Origin: the human T2T-CHM13v2.0 reference genome, Homo sapiens
Length of the DNA stretch: 64,000 nucleotides
Assembly (NCBI RefSeq): GCF_009914755.1
Contig: NC_060936.1
Strand: one strand, 5' to 3'
The notes beneath the pieces were generated by a model. The model did no database searches, had not been told where the DNA came from, and worked only from the letters and a program-made list of their open reading frames with translations. The position numbers were made by a program, and so were the translations under genes. Position 1 is the first letter of the stretch. Every line of letters begins with the position of its first letter. This document shows, one piece after another, positions 52,040 through 64,000 of this stretch.

Positions 52040-52341
52040 GTCTCTCTGCTGGCTCATGGGAGCTCCCAGAACTGAAGCAACATACAGATCCAGGCCACTC
52101 TAAGCTCTGCCTGCATTTTCACAGGGCACATTCTTGTGTATATGTGTGTGTGTGTGTGTTTGGTGCATGTGTGTCTGTGTGTGTGTTCTCTTCTTAATAA
52201 AACCAGCAATCACTGGACTAGGTAGGGCCCACTCTAATCCACTGAGCTCCCCTTACCTTGGTAACATCTGCAAAGACCCTATTTTCAAACAAGGTCACAT
52301 TCCGGGTTCTGAGTGGACATGAACTTTTTCAACCCAGTACA
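52040..52341. mobile_element. MLT1 (A/B/C-like) LTR fragment with internal (TG)n
   Basis: acatctgcaaagaccctattttcaaacaaggtcacattcc...ttcaacccagtaca. Confidence 0.7.
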
Positions 52342-52821
52342 TCTGGGAACAGGCAGTCAAGGGTAGAAGAGATCAACCTGAGGATGAGGTTTGGATGCAG
52401 AGTTTTGAGAGAAGGGTGATCAGAGCTAGGGTCTAAGCAACATTGGTCTGCTCCCTTGGAGGAGAATTTTCCCTTTTTCCTTCTGCCCTTTAGCCAGTGC
52501 TGCAGCCACCTCCTCTCTCATAGCTGGCATTTAAAAGCCAAATGGATGCCACAACCTTCTAAGGCATCTAGATATGCAACTAAAATATTAAAAAAATTCC
52601 AGCAAGGTCAAAATAATCTCAGGCCTAGATTTGCCACCAGTGCCCTCTTCTGGGCAGCTTTATTTTACAGTAGTGTCACGAAACACTTGTTTGTCAATAT
52701 ATGTATTTGTGCACTAAGTGTCACCAGAAAATATATTTATGTCTGTTGGTTACAGCCTAAAAAGTTTAAGAAACCATGTTTAGATGTTTTCCCAGTCAGG
52801 AAAGGCCAAACTAAAAAGGGC

Positions 52822-52859
52822 TGTGTGTGTGTGTGCGTGTGCGCGTGTGTGTGTGTGTG
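52822..52859. repeat. (TG/CG)n alternating purine-pyrimidine tract
   Basis: tgtgtgtgtgtgtgcgtgtgcgcgtgtgtgtgtgtg. Confidence 0.95.
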
Positions 52860-55539
52860 AAAAAGAGAGATGGGGGCCCCCATTCCACTAAGAAGATGAC
52901 AGAGGCTGTGCAGGTTTTTTCTCTGTGATCTCCCCTCCTCCTACAAATCATGCCCAGAGGAGGGATCTTGAGGACCTGCCCCTGCCTCCCCAGACCCATC
53001 TCCACACCCAGGCCATCCTGGGCAGAGGACAGCAGAGCTCACATCTCTGTGGAGAGCAGACTGGGCTCACTGCAGGCCTCTGTGTCATTGTTCATCTTCA
53101 CTTCATAAGTCTCATTCTGAGACCTCTCCTGACACACCATGGCTATCTGGCTCTCCTGGGAAAAGCACTTACAACATTCAAGATAGAGAAAATCATCAGC
53201 AGCTGCCAACCCTCCTCCTCTTCCCTCAGCAAGTAAGGCATCACGCATGCACATATGCACACATGCACAAACACATGAACTTGTGTACACACACACAGGC
53301 ACACACACACATGAACATGCATGCAATTTCTGTGGCCTCATTTTCTTGTGATGGCTGATGAAGCCATGACGCCATGGAAGTGTTAAGATTAGGGAGAGGG
53401 TTCCATGTGGGAGGATGTCTGGTGTGGATCCAAGGAGATCTGAGTCCTGACTCCAATTCACTTACCCTCTGGCCCAAGTCACTTAGCCCACCCCATGCCT
53501 CAGTTTCTCTTTCTATGAAATAGGAGTGACATATGCCCTGCCTGACTCAGAGGCCTGTTGTGAGTTACAAATAAAGCAACAGATAAGACGGCGCTTTGAG
53601 ACTGGGAAAAGTCAGCTTTGACCTAAGGGTCCTGGGCTGTGCCATAAAGGGCAGGGTGGGCCTGTGAGGAGGCCTACCTGTGAGGGCCTGCCCTCCCACC
53701 CCTACCTGCAATAGCTGAGCCTTTGGGCATTAGTTTGGCACAGCTGAGATGTCTGTGGCATCCTATTTTGATGGTGCCCTTGATTCTGACACAAGCTCCC
53801 TGCAGTAAAGGCACAGAAAGGAAACCTCACCTAGGAGGGTTTGCTCTCCCAAGCAGAGGGCAGTGAGCCGGAGTCCCTACTGAGCCTGAATCCTTCCTGA
53901 ACTCCAGACCTGCCTGTACCAGAACATGTCTTTCCCTATGGGGACACAGTCCTCTGCTCACTGGGTCCTGTCTTCTTCAGCTCTGAGCCATGAGCTCTTC
54001 CTTTTCCTGTTTGTGCTCAGCTCAGTGCCTCTCTCCATCTTTATCCTCAGACCCCAGAAGGCATTAAGGGAAGATCCCAGTCCATCTTCTTGGAGCTGAG
54101 AGCTGGATCAGTGCCCCTGGCTTTGAGGCAGGGTAGGGGCAGTTCTCTCTCAGGGAGGCCTGCAGATCGCCACCTGCCCCACGGTGGGAAGGAAAGATGA
54201 CAGGTGGGAGCTCCAGGTGGATTGGGAGGGGAGGGAGATGGAGTGGGCTTTGGCAAGGCATGGGGGGATAAGCTTGAGATGCAGAGTGGCAGCAGGCAGG
54301 CAACAACATTTCTGGAGACCACCAGGCACAGGACATGCTGGCCTGTCCTCAGGACAAGCAATGCCAGGGCCTGAGCTGCCCTTACCCTTCAGGACGAGGC
54401 CTGGGAACTGGAATGTGGGCTATGCTTTTCTTCACCAAACTGAAGCTTGGCACCCTGAGTGTTGTTTGTACCAACTGCAGTAGGCAGACGGGGAACCAAC
54501 ACTTCATGAGCACTGACTGTGTGCTGTGCACTGTATTGCGTGCTTTCTGTTTGTTTGTTTCATGGAGAGATGTATCTCTGGGGAGAGGGAAATCCCCTGA
54601 GAATCCCCCCTCTCCTCTAAAGCCCCCGCCACCCCAGGTTCTCTAAAAATCCCTCTCCCCTTATGTCACAGAGAATAAAGCTTCACAGGAAAATGCCCTT
54701 AGAAAGGGGGATTTAATTCACTCTGAGATGCTAAAGATGGCCACGGAGACCTCCTTAAGCAGAGGCTTTCAGGAGACCGACAGAGAAGAAGGCAGTGCAG
54801 GGACCCAGCGTGTCCTCAACTTTGGCTAAATAAACCTGTAATCGATTGAAACATGTCGCAGTCACTTTTTGGTTAACAAGGTCAACGGAGGCACAAGCAC
54901 CAAAGTCCACCTGAAGAAGTTGGGTCTATCTACGAACCACTTGTGAGTCACTGTGAATATTTAGAACTGGGGGCTAAAGCTTATTCCAGTTGTCTGTCTG
55001 GATGTCAGTGAGGCCACTCCATAGTAGATTCTCCCACCTTTGGTTTAATGGGATGGACAACTTTGGATTAGGACTAAGGAGGTAGATTTGATCTTGGAAG
55101 ATACCTTAGGCTTCTTGTCTCTTATCTCCCTAGGAAACTGTTGGCTGTCAGTATCTATACTAGGGGTAAGCCCAAGTGACAGAACAGTTCTGGAAGCATC
55201 TCCTTGAGTTTTCAGGAAAGGTTTCACTGACACAAGAAGAGAGTAGGGTGGCAGAGCAGCATCGGGTTTGGTTTTCAATTCCCTTTTCTATCTCCACACG
55301 TGTTGGGTGAAATTCACAGGGTTGCCACACTCCCGTGGGTATATTTGGATTACGGATGAGAGCATAGGAAGGTGGGCTGTGGGATACATACAGTGGAGTG
55401 CTGCTGACTATAGCCCCCGTCATGTAAGAAAGCACGTCAGATTGCCATAGAACAAGTTATGCTATTGTTGGAATAACTGAAGTTCATTCTAATTTAGTTT
55501 TTAAAATCATTCTGAAACTTTGTCCCCCCTACCGCATAG

Positions 55540-56048
55540 TAGTTGAAGGGTACTCCGTTTTCCCTTTTTCTGTCCTAACCAAGAAACAGAGCGTGCCTCA
55601 ACTGTTCTGTGACCCCATCAGCTGCACAATTTGCCCGGCAGGCTGGAACCCAAGGTTACGCTTTGAACATTCCCAGGCACCTACAAAGGTGTTTAGGTTG
55701 TTGCCCCAAACACTGAGAGGAACTGGCCAGGCCCTGAGCCAAATGCCTTAATCTCTCACCAACTCCATTCCCTGATCCTCATGCTGCAGACCTCACTAGG
55801 TAGAGCACCTCTTTCCCTAACTGCCTATCTGGAGGAAATGGTGAAACCCAGTTTCTACCTAAGTTCTCATAATAAATGCTTTGATCTGATCACCCTGGCG
55901 TCTAGTGCTTCTTTCTTTGGGATTCCAACTGGTCCCATCTTGGGATGGCTTGGGGTACTCCCTTGTGGGAACTCCCCTGATGCCAGCAGTGGCACCCCAG
56001 ATGCCACTGCTGAGGTGACTCCAGCTGTGAATTCACTGGAAAAGAACA
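55540..56048 (+). mobile_element. ERVL-class solo LTR (MER54/MER73-group; tentative)
   Basis: ttgaacattcccaggcac...aggttgttgcccc.aaacactga...ggccctgagccaaat...aataaatgctttg...ggtgactccagc. Confidence 0.55.
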
Positions 56049-56099
56049 CAGGTATTCCTGATTAGTTCTTTATGCTCCCTCAAAGGTCAGAGCTCAATT

Positions 56100-56580
56100 T
56101 CCTTGCACCTGATTTCTCATCCACAAAATGGTATTTATAACACCTCTGTGGAACTGTCCTCCAATACCCTTCTTCCTTTTTAAAAAACCATGCATTTGGC
56201 CACCTGGAATGGAGAACATGTTTTCCACCCCCCTTGCAGCTAGGTGTGGCCACGTAACTAAGTTCTGACCAAGCAGTGGAAGGTAGAGTCCCATATGGCA
56301 CTTTCAAGAAGTATTCTTAAAGAGCAAGGGCACATGCATTTCTATCCTGCCTGTCTTCTTCGTGACTAGAATGAAACACGATGCCTGGGGCTAAACAGTG
56401 ATCTTAAACCATCAGGAGGAAGTGATATATTAAAAGGCGGAAGAGCCAAAAGATAGAAAGAACCTAGATCACTTATGCTAGCAGAGCTATTCATCATTTT
56501 GCACAGTTTACCTTCAGACTTTGTTCATAAGGGGGCAAGGGAGTGTGAGTTTTCTATCACAGGCAAACCCAATCCTGAGG
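56100..56580. mobile_element. Old MaLR LTR (MLT1I/J-like)
   Basis: ccccttgcagctaggtgtggccacgtaactaagttctgaccaa...aaagatagaaagaacctagatc. Confidence 0.6.
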
Positions 56581-56876
56581 GATTGACTTAATCTATCAAC
56601 ATTGCTGTGAGGATTTAAGGAGATAATATAAAATCCTTAGCAGTTTTTCTGGCATGAAGTCAGAGGGCAACTTTTTCTTTTTTCTCAAAAGTAATGAAAT
56701 ATTAAGGCTATTGAAACTTGGTTCTGAGAACACTGAAAGATATGGAAAGACCATAGAACCTGTTTCCACATTGGCCAGAATGGACTGACATTACATCTTT
56801 GAAGTCGGTCATAATCAGAATGTTTTTCACTGCTTCTAAATTGTATGCACTATTGGATAAAACTGGAACAGTACAT

Positions 56877-57215
<339 letters not shown>

Positions 57216-57477
57216 TTAGAGAAAAGCTTGTTTGCTTGAATACAGTTATTGCTTTTCCTGAGACTGTAGATTATTCATTAAAAACAGCCTCAGAAATACA
57301 GGATCTTCAGCAGACATAAAAGAAAAAACACTGACAAACAACTCTGGGAATGGGCTAAGTGGCTTGATAAGAATAGCCTGATGGTACCTGCAGAAGGTCA
57401 TACAACATTGACCAAGAAAACAGTGATTGCCTGCCTGCCTGCCTGAGACTTCACATGTTTCATAAGAATGCTCTGAT

Positions 57478-57790
57478 CAGCCAGGTACAGTGGTTCAGAC
57501 TGGTATTCCTAGCACTTCACGAAGCTGAGGTAGGAGGATTGCTGGAGGCCAGGAGGATGAAACCAGCCTGTGCAGAAAAGCGAGACCCTGCCTATACACA
57601 AACAAAAATAATAATAATAATAAATAATAATAATAGCTAGGTATGGTGGTGCATGCCTGTCATCTTATCTACTCAGGAGGATCACTTGAGTCCAGGAGGT
57701 CAAGGCTGCACTGAGCCAAGATAACATCACTGCACTCCAGCCTGGGTGACAAAGTGAGACCCTGTGTCTAAAAAGAGAGAGAGAAAAAAA
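57478..57790 (+). mobile_element. AluJ inside the ERV 5'LTR
   Basis: Diverged dimer with an (AAT)n linker. Confidence 0.88.
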
Positions 57791-58046
57791 GCTAAGGCTA
57801 TTTTCAGGTTAGGTCAGGCTTAGTAACAAAAACTTTTTGTGAAATGCTTCGATCATTGTTTGCCCTGCTCCTAATTTCCCTTAAAACCTCCCGGATCAGA
57901 CAGGTGGTCTTTGAAGATGAGTTCACAGCCTCCCTCGAGTTTTTGGCTTCCTGAATGTAGCTAACTTTCCCGTTCACCAACATTTGTCTCTAGACTTTTG
58001 GCTTTCAAGCAACAAGTGGCCTAGATCTGGGTTTGGTTACAAATTT

Positions 58047-58065
58047 TGGCAAGCCCAGCCAGAAG
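58047..58065 (+). other. Primer binding site, tRNA-Arg(ACG)-like
   Basis: tggcaagcccagccagaag versus TGGCGAGCCAGCCAGGAG (complement of the tRNA-Arg-ACG 3' end): 2 substitutions and 1 insertion, 5 nt after the LTR end. Confidence 0.7.
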
Positions 58066-58420
58066 CCGTGTGCTCTGGGCTGTTTGCACCCTGTCAGCTC
58101 CCAACAGACAAAGCAATTGGTCACAGCTTCATACCAGGACTAACTCATCCATATTGTTGGGAGGACTTCTTGGTTCCCAAGAGGTGGAGCAATTGATGGC
58201 GGCAGCAGGTCAGGGCTAACTCATTCACATTACCAGAGGTTAGCGGCAAATGCTCTGTGGCACTGGCTACTCATGGCAGAAGGGAACTGCAGAGACAGCC
58301 CCAAAGTCTGCCAAAGAGAGGCTGCCAAAACTCTTTCTACTTCAGGGAAACTTCCTCCTTTCCCCCATTCAGTACTGACTGCCTACTTTTGCTTTTAGTT
58401 GGTGAAAGGAAACTAGCTTT

Positions 58421-58697
58421 ATTTTTTTTATTTTAATTTTTTTTGAGATGGAGTCTCGCTCTGTCACCCAAGCTGGTGTGCAGGGGCGCAATCTCGGCTC
58501 ACTGCAAGCTCTGCCTCCTGGGTTCATGCCATTCTCCTGCCTCAGCATCCTAGGAGTAGCTGGGACTACAGGCGCCCGCCACCATGCCCGGCTAATTTTT
58601 GTATTTTCAGTAGAGACGGGGTTTCACCTTGTTAGCCAGGATGGTCTCCATCTCCTGACCTCGTGATCCGCCCGCCTTGGCCTCCCAAAGTGCTGGG
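58421..58697 (-). mobile_element. AluY in the ERV leader
   Basis: Young Alu lacking its first ~25 nt; TSD ggaaactagcttt at 58408-58420 and 58696-58708. Confidence 0.92.
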
Positions 58698-61392
58698 AAA
58701 CTAGCTTTTTGGATGAGCTGATGAGCTGTACAACCAGGTAAGTCTACTGGGGTGCAAAGTAGTAGTCCACTTTCTTTACCATTTGGGCCTTTGGACCATT
58801 TGTGGTACCACTGGTAGAAGAAATGACTCATAGTGACTCCATACCAGTCTCTTCCTTTGTGAAAGCCTGGGTTGGAAAAGTGCTTCATTTGTTTTGGTTG
58901 TGTTTTGTTTGTGTCCACCATGGGAAGTTTTTTTCATCAGTCCCCTCTCAGAGCCCACTGTGGTTCATATTGGCTGACTGGTAAGCCTACAGTGATAACC
59001 CTACGACAAAAAAGATAATCTACTGCAATAAGGTGTGGTCAATGTACGTGATACATGAGGAAGATAGGTGGCCATTACATGGTTCTTTGAATTTAATGTT
59101 ATACAGCTTGAACATTTCAATCTGAGATCAGGAAATTGGGACTGCATACCTTATATTCAAGCTTTTATGTTGGTACATAATAAGCACGCTTCCCAGAAAG
59201 GTTGCTGGCTGATGGTGCAAACAGGACCATATCAGGTAAAATCTCCTCACTCTCCATTACCTGAGGAGGAAAAGAAGGAGATAGGATAATCTTGTCAACT
59301 ATAAACCCTCCACAGGCAAATGATGCTGAGGCTTTGCAGGTGCCTGTCCCATTGCAGCCTGCTCTGGCACCTGTGCAGGCTCCCATGGAGGCCCCAGCTG
59401 CAGTACCAGCACAGTACCCTGAGTTGCCCCATCTCTGCCCCCTCCACCAGAGGATTATCCAGATAATACAGACTTACAGGGTGTGGTGGCCCCTCCTCAT
59501 TTTAAAGGTAGCCAAGAAATAGGCTCCCCTTTTAAGACCTGACAAGGCAACTAAATTTGACCACAGCGTACACCCTCATGCGGCAGAACAATTTCTGTTA
59601 TGCAAATTCCCCGCTGGAGGATTAAATGCACAGGGCCATACTCCTGGGCTATTTTGGTTATTCACCATTTTCTATCTTTGACTAAGTAAATGGAAAAATA
59701 TTCAAGTCCATCCTATAGGGATGATCCATAGGAGATGACTGAAATATTCACCAGTATTTTTTCTATTCATCATTCCACAATAGCAGGTGTACAAGCATTA
59801 TTAAATTTTATGATGAAAGGGGGTTATTTTTAGACAAGACTAATGATGGAGCCAGAAGGCTATACCAGGAAGACCCTGCTGGGTCCTCCAACATCCCAGA
59901 GGCAATTTCCTTAGTGAAACGCAAATGAAACCTTAATAATGAGGTTATATCTTGACTGTAGGATTACTCCTAAGAAAGGGAGTACCTAAGCAGCAAAGCC
60001 TCAATAAAAAACATCCATGACCTCTGGTAGGAGGCCAGTGAAAACCCAGCAGCTTGGTTGAAACAAGTGTAACAGGCTTACAGAAAATATTCAGATATTG
60101 ATCCAGAGGCTCTGGAACATGTTTGGGTCATAAATATAACTTTCATCAGCCAAAGTGCTTCTGACATTAACAGAAAATTAGAAAAGCAGGAAGGGACTGT
60201 TGGAATGAACCCTTCCCAGTTTACAGATATTGCTTACAAAGACTTCAATGCTAGAGAAACAAGAAAAGCTAGACAGGCAACCATTTTCATGGAGACTGTT
60301 CAAAAAGGTGGAAGAATGAGGGGTGAAATAGAAAGGAATCCCTAGACAAGGACCAGTGTGCCTACAGTGGGGAAATCTGGACATGAGAAGTATGCCCCCC
60401 TAAGCTACAGAGAAAAGATGGTAATAAAAAAGACAAGGGAGAGGAAAAGGGAAATATACGCCAAAGAAGGAGATGGTGGAGCAGGATTGTGACTCTGATG
60501 AAGACTGATGGGGCACAGGGACTCCGCCTGATTTAACAGAGCAACAGTAATTTCCCTACAGGAGCCCTGGGTACAAGCGACAGTGGGGAACAAAATGACT
60601 GGCTTATTGGTTGATACTGTAGCAATGTTTCCAGCCAAGGCTGGAGTCACTGGGAAGTTACAACAGAGACTCTTTCTTAAGCCCTAAGAATATAAATTGA
60701 GGGATATAAGATTGAGGTATAGCTTTCTGTATATGCCACATTGCCCTATTCCATTGTTGGGCCAAGATTTGTTATGTAAATTAAATGCCCAAGTCACTTT
60801 TGCTCCTGAGAAACAACATCTAAGAATCCAGGTATCACCCAAACATGTCCTATGCCTACAGGCACTGGTGATTCAGCCAGAGAAAAGAACTCAAGAACCA
60901 TTCCTGCTGGAAGTCTACAACAGAGGGAGTTGCACTGTTTGGGAAGACAAGGGAACCTGAACTAGCAGTCAAAGCTCAGCCTGTGCACGTTGAATTTAAA
61001 AAAGCATTAATTCCACATAAAAACAACACTGCTTAAAAGGTAAAGAATTAGAAGTCATACAGGGGGATTACACAGGTTTCTAAAGCACAGACTTATTCAA
61101 TCATGACAGTCTCAATACAATACCACTATCTTGCCAGTGAAGAAACCAAACTCCAATTAGTATCAATTTGTGCAAATTTGAGAGCTATTAATGACATCGT
61201 TCAAGATACCCACCCAATCGTGGCTAACCCATATACCCCACTTACAGCTACCCCAGGGGATTATGGCTGGTTCTCAGCATAGGAATTAAAGGATGCTTTT
61301 GTTCAGTGTCTACTAATTGAGGAGAAAGCCCAGTTGTTTTTGCACTTGAATGGCAAGATCTGGAGACTAGGGCAAACTTCCAAAACTGCTAG

Positions 61393-61853
<461 letters not shown>

Positions 61854-62182
61854 AATACTAGTTTTAAACAGCCTGGTGGAATTGGATCATAAAGTATCTC
61901 TTTGCAAATATGCAAAGAGCAGGTAGTCTATTCAGGGGTTTGCCTGCAATAAGGTAAGCAGAGTCTGATGCCTGACAGGTAACAAGCAATAGCCACTATC
62001 AAGGCTCTCAAAAATCAGATAACTAAAAGGAGTCTTAGGTATAGTTGGCTTTTGTCACCTTTGATCCCTAATTTTGGTCTCCTAGTAAAGGACTTATCTG
62101 AGGCATTTAAAATGTCAGAGTCAGAACCTTTATATTAGACAGTGGAATGCCAACAGTCATTCAATAACATTAAAGAAAAACT

Positions 62183-62679
62183 AAGGAAATTCTTTATGGG
62201 CCCCCAAGATGTTTACCCTAAGATAGTTACGTTGAATTTCACCCTGACCATGTAAATTGATGGCTTATCTTCACAGGCATGGAACAAGAGACATAAGTCA
62301 TCCCTCTTCTCACCTGAGACAAATGCATATCTGATTGCTCCCCCTGCCTGTTTATCTTATGTAAAAATGCAGGTTCATTGAACTAGATGAATGTTTAAGT
62401 GACTGTTCCCCTACCCTCTTACATGTGAAGGCTAATCAAAGACTCAAAAGAATGCAACTGCTTGCCTCTTATCTACCCATACCCTTTTAAAAATGTATCT
62501 TCCTCTTTCAATACCTGGCCTTTTCCCTTTAAATATTGGGATCCCAAGACCCTCTTTGGAAAAAGCATGAAACACAATGTTTCCTGTGGATCTACGTTCT
62601 TTCCTGGACATGTCCTCAACCTCAGCAAATAAACCTAAAATGATCAGGACTCACCTTGGTCATTTTTCTTTAGTTTACA
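62183..62679 (+). mobile_element. 5'-truncated MER4E-like LTR
   Basis: Starts mid-consensus at aaggaaattctttatgggcccccaagatgtttaccctaa...ttgaatttcaccctg...cacctgagacaaatgcatatctgattgc; ends aataaacc...tttaca. Confidence 0.7.
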
Positions 62680-64000
62680 TTTCCTAAGCTACAGACCTGT
62701 GCAGCACATGACTATACTGAATACTGTGGGCAACTTCAACATGATGGTATCTGTGTCTCCAAATGTCTCAACAAAGAAAAGGTACAGTAAACATATGGTT
62801 TGAAAGATAAAAGTGGTATGCCTCTAAAGGGCACTAAAGGGCACTATAGCATTATAGTATTTATATGTCTTTGTCCAGGGTTCCTGGCTCATAACTTCTA
62901 TGGCCCTCATTATAGTCTTGTTATAGTGCTGGGACACTTTAGGCTCAGAAAACAGACTCTCTCTGTCTCTGACTTTCTCCTGCCCTCCTTTCACCTGCCC
63001 AAGGCAGGACTCTGCACATCATAAGATCCTCATTCCAGAGAGGGTCCTGCCCATCCTTAGGAGGTGGGAATGCTGCACAGAGAGGCCAAGAATCTGGATA
63101 AGCCTTGGTGGGTTTTCCCATCTCAGACAACTAGTGTTAGATCATCCCTTCTGGTCCAGTTGTATTTGTACATGGTTGTCAATCATGTCTACCCAATGAT
63201 GTCTCCATTGAAGGCTCAAGAGGACAGGGCTCAGGGAGCTTCTGGAAAGCTGAACACGTGGAGGCTGACAAAACTCTTCCCTATGCCAGGAGGGTGGCCA
63301 CACCCCAACTCCACAGAAGCTCCTGGGTTAGGGACCCCTCCAGACTCACCCCATGTATCTCTTCATCTGGCTGTTTATTTGTATCATGTAAAATACCCTT
63401 TGTAATAAACCAGTAAACATAAGTGTTTCCCTGAGTTGTGTGAGCACTCTAGCAAATTAATCAAACACAAAGAAGAGGTCATAGGAACCCCAACTTGAAG
63501 CTGGTGGGTCAGATGTTCTACAGACCTGGACTTGCTATCTTGGGAAGGAGGGGACAGTCTTGGGAGAATGAGCCTACAACCTGTGGGATCTGATGCTATC
63601 TCCAGGTAGGCGGTGTCACAATTGAACTGGAGGACACCTAGCTGGTGTCCCCTCCAGAACTGCTTGTTTGCTTGGTGTGTGGGGAGAAATTCCCCTGTAT
63701 GTCGTCATAGAAGTCTTCCATGTTGATGGTTGCTGTGGTGTGAGAGCAGAAGAAAAACACATTGGAGGTGGTTTTTCCACACACAGGCACTTACTATGAA
63801 TGGAGCTTGCAGGACTGGAAGTTGCTCTGGGTGAGTCAGGGAGTGTGTGTTGCGTGCAGGTGAAAGCCTAGGACATTACTGCACACTGTTGTGGACTTTA
63901 TAAACAGTGGACACTTAGGCTACACTAAATTTGTTAAAATATTGTTCTTTCTTCAGTAAATTAACCTTAGGTTTCTGTATCTCTTTCACTTTATAAACGT
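62680..64000. mobile_element. Tigger3-family DNA transposon, split by MER21
   Basis: tactgaatactgtgggcaac...aaaaggtacagtaaa (62680-62844) continues as ggcacttactatgaatggagcttgcaggactggaagttgctctgggtgagtcag...cacttaggctacactaaattt (63786-64000). Confidence 0.8.
62845..63785 (+). mobile_element. MER21 LTR
   Basis: gttcctggctcataactt...taataaaccagtaaacataagtgtttccctgagtt.tgtgagc...ctgtgggatctgatgctatctccaggtag; TSD GGCAC at 62840-62844 and 63786-63790. Confidence 0.8.

Larger units (their letters stand above)
51612..55029 (+). repeat. Diverged ~150-bp direct repeat pair (51612-51759 and 54878-55029)
   Basis: Shared colinear blocks aagtccacct, gggtct, agtcactgtgaa, tttagaactgggg, aagctt.ttccagttg and gatgtcagtgag. 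Confidence 0.9.

Overview
Primate (human-like) non-coding, repeat-rich genomic DNA with AluJ/S/Y, L1PA/PB/M, L2, MIR, MaLR and ERV LTRs, and hAT/Tigger DNA transposons. I see no intact protein-coding gene; almost all entries in the ORF track are chance or repeat-derived. Four structures stand out. (1) On the minus strand at ~1.05-4.4 kb is an unprocessed, diverged copy of the terminal exon and long 3'UTR of tetraspanin TSPAN9, with an intact splice acceptor, a premature stop and no upstream exons that I could find. (2) At 21.3-26.1 kb is a TSD-bounded composite in which an L1PB 5'UTR/ORF1/endonuclease is fused by deletion to a HERV-K(HML-6) env-LTR3 remnant that keeps a 137-codon TM ORF. (3) At 28.9-29.7 kb is a young 247-bp templated duplication with multi-step template-switch scars. 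(4) At 56.9-62.2 kb is a decayed class I ERV (LTR, Arg PBS, gag-pro-pol) cut off by a deletion. Family names and the TSPAN9 match come from my recollection of consensus/reference sequences, not from a search, and I could not establish the chromosomal locus. I found no evidence for a new multi-gene biological system.
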